Made by a program: the position numbers and the translations under genes
Part shown: piece by piece, positions 34,587 to 35,076 of the stretch
How positions within the stretch are numbered: the first letter of the stretch is position 1
Layout: each line of letters starts with the position of its first letter
Origin: Thermoproteus sp.
GTDB taxonomy: Archaea > Thermoproteota > Thermoprotei > Thermoproteales > Thermoproteaceae
Length of the DNA stretch: 35,076 nt
Assembly (NCBI GenBank): GCA_049976425.1
Contig: JBMFIG010000015.1
Coordinates: forward strand, 1 to 35,076
Direction: 5' to 3'
The notes under the pieces: generated by a model
Database searches by the model: none
The model's input: only the letters and a program-made list of their open reading frames with translations
Told to the model about the DNA's origin: nothing

Positions 34587-35076
34587 TTACGAGCTGAATA
34601 GGGGCTGTCCTTGCGGGAATGCTGTTATCTGTCCGGTTGTGCCGTTGTAGAAGCCGGCGTTTATCCATGTCGGCGTGCCGTTGACTACGGCGACGCCCAT
34701 TATCAGATAGCTGGCGTATATCCTGTCGTGGTACTGGTCGAGGTATACCGGCCCGGTGACCCCGACAAACGTGCCGTCCTTGCCCCACTGCTCAAGCACA
34801 GAGTTTATGACAGTCGGATCAGTGGAGCCGGTCTTGGCTATGGCGGTCATTATGAACATGGCGGCGTCGTAGGCGTAGGGATCGTAAGCCACAGGAGGCT
34901 GTCCGCAGAACTGCTTGAACTCCTGCACAAACTTCTGGTAGTGCGGGTCGTTCGGGTTCGGAGCCGCAATAGTGGCGAGGAACTTGGCGTTAGCCAGAGC
35001 CTGGCCGGTTTGTTGCACCATCACGGAAGAGCCAGCTATGCCGTCGGTGCCCACCCACCTGACCTTAGAAAGGACG
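34587..35076 (-). CDS. LivK/LivJ-type substrate-binding protein, 3' part (start beyond the window)
   Basis: Frame open to the window end (VLSKVRWVGTDG..); YDPYAYDAA, FVGVTGPVYLDQYHDR; upstream of livG. Confidence 0.85.
   Translation of the reverse strand, partial: VLSKVRWVGTDGIAGSSVMVQQTGQALANAKFLATIAAPNPNDPHYQKFVQEFKQFCGQPPVAYDPYAYDAAMFIMTAIAKTGSTDPTVINSVLEQWGKDGTFVGVTGPVYLDQYHDRIYASYLIMGVAVVNGTPTWINAGFYNGTTGQITAFPQGQPLFSS

Overview
GC-rich archaeal chromosomal segment. Gene content points to a hyperthermophilic Thermoproteales crenarchaeon (Thermoproteus/Pyrobaculum-like): reverse gyrase, QueF-L, L7Ae/L24e/S28e/L34e, aIF1, Taw1 and many apparently leaderless genes with a TATA box about 20-27 nt upstream of the start. 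Most of the window is housekeeping and transport: argS, trpS, mtnP, cmk, rgy, etfAB, a NurA nuclease, four ABC systems and an MFS transporter. No tRNA, rRNA, CRISPR array or transposase was recognised. The most interesting items are: (1) a short, Zn-site-less, PUA-less TGT paralogue with DpdA-like motifs overlapping queF-L, behind a perfect palindrome next to its TATA box, a candidate uncharacterised 7-deazaguanine/archaeosine modification module; (2) a start-less, diverged second copy of rpl34e missed by the ORF track, which together with intact rpl34e brackets a GC-mosaic surface-protein gene; (3) an intergenic hairpin with bipartite complementarity to the 16S rRNA 530 loop, upstream of a TRAM RNA-binding gene; (4) a degenerate NMP-kinase/nucleoside-deoxyribosyltransferase-like fusion. 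All family assignments come from motif recognition, not database searches.
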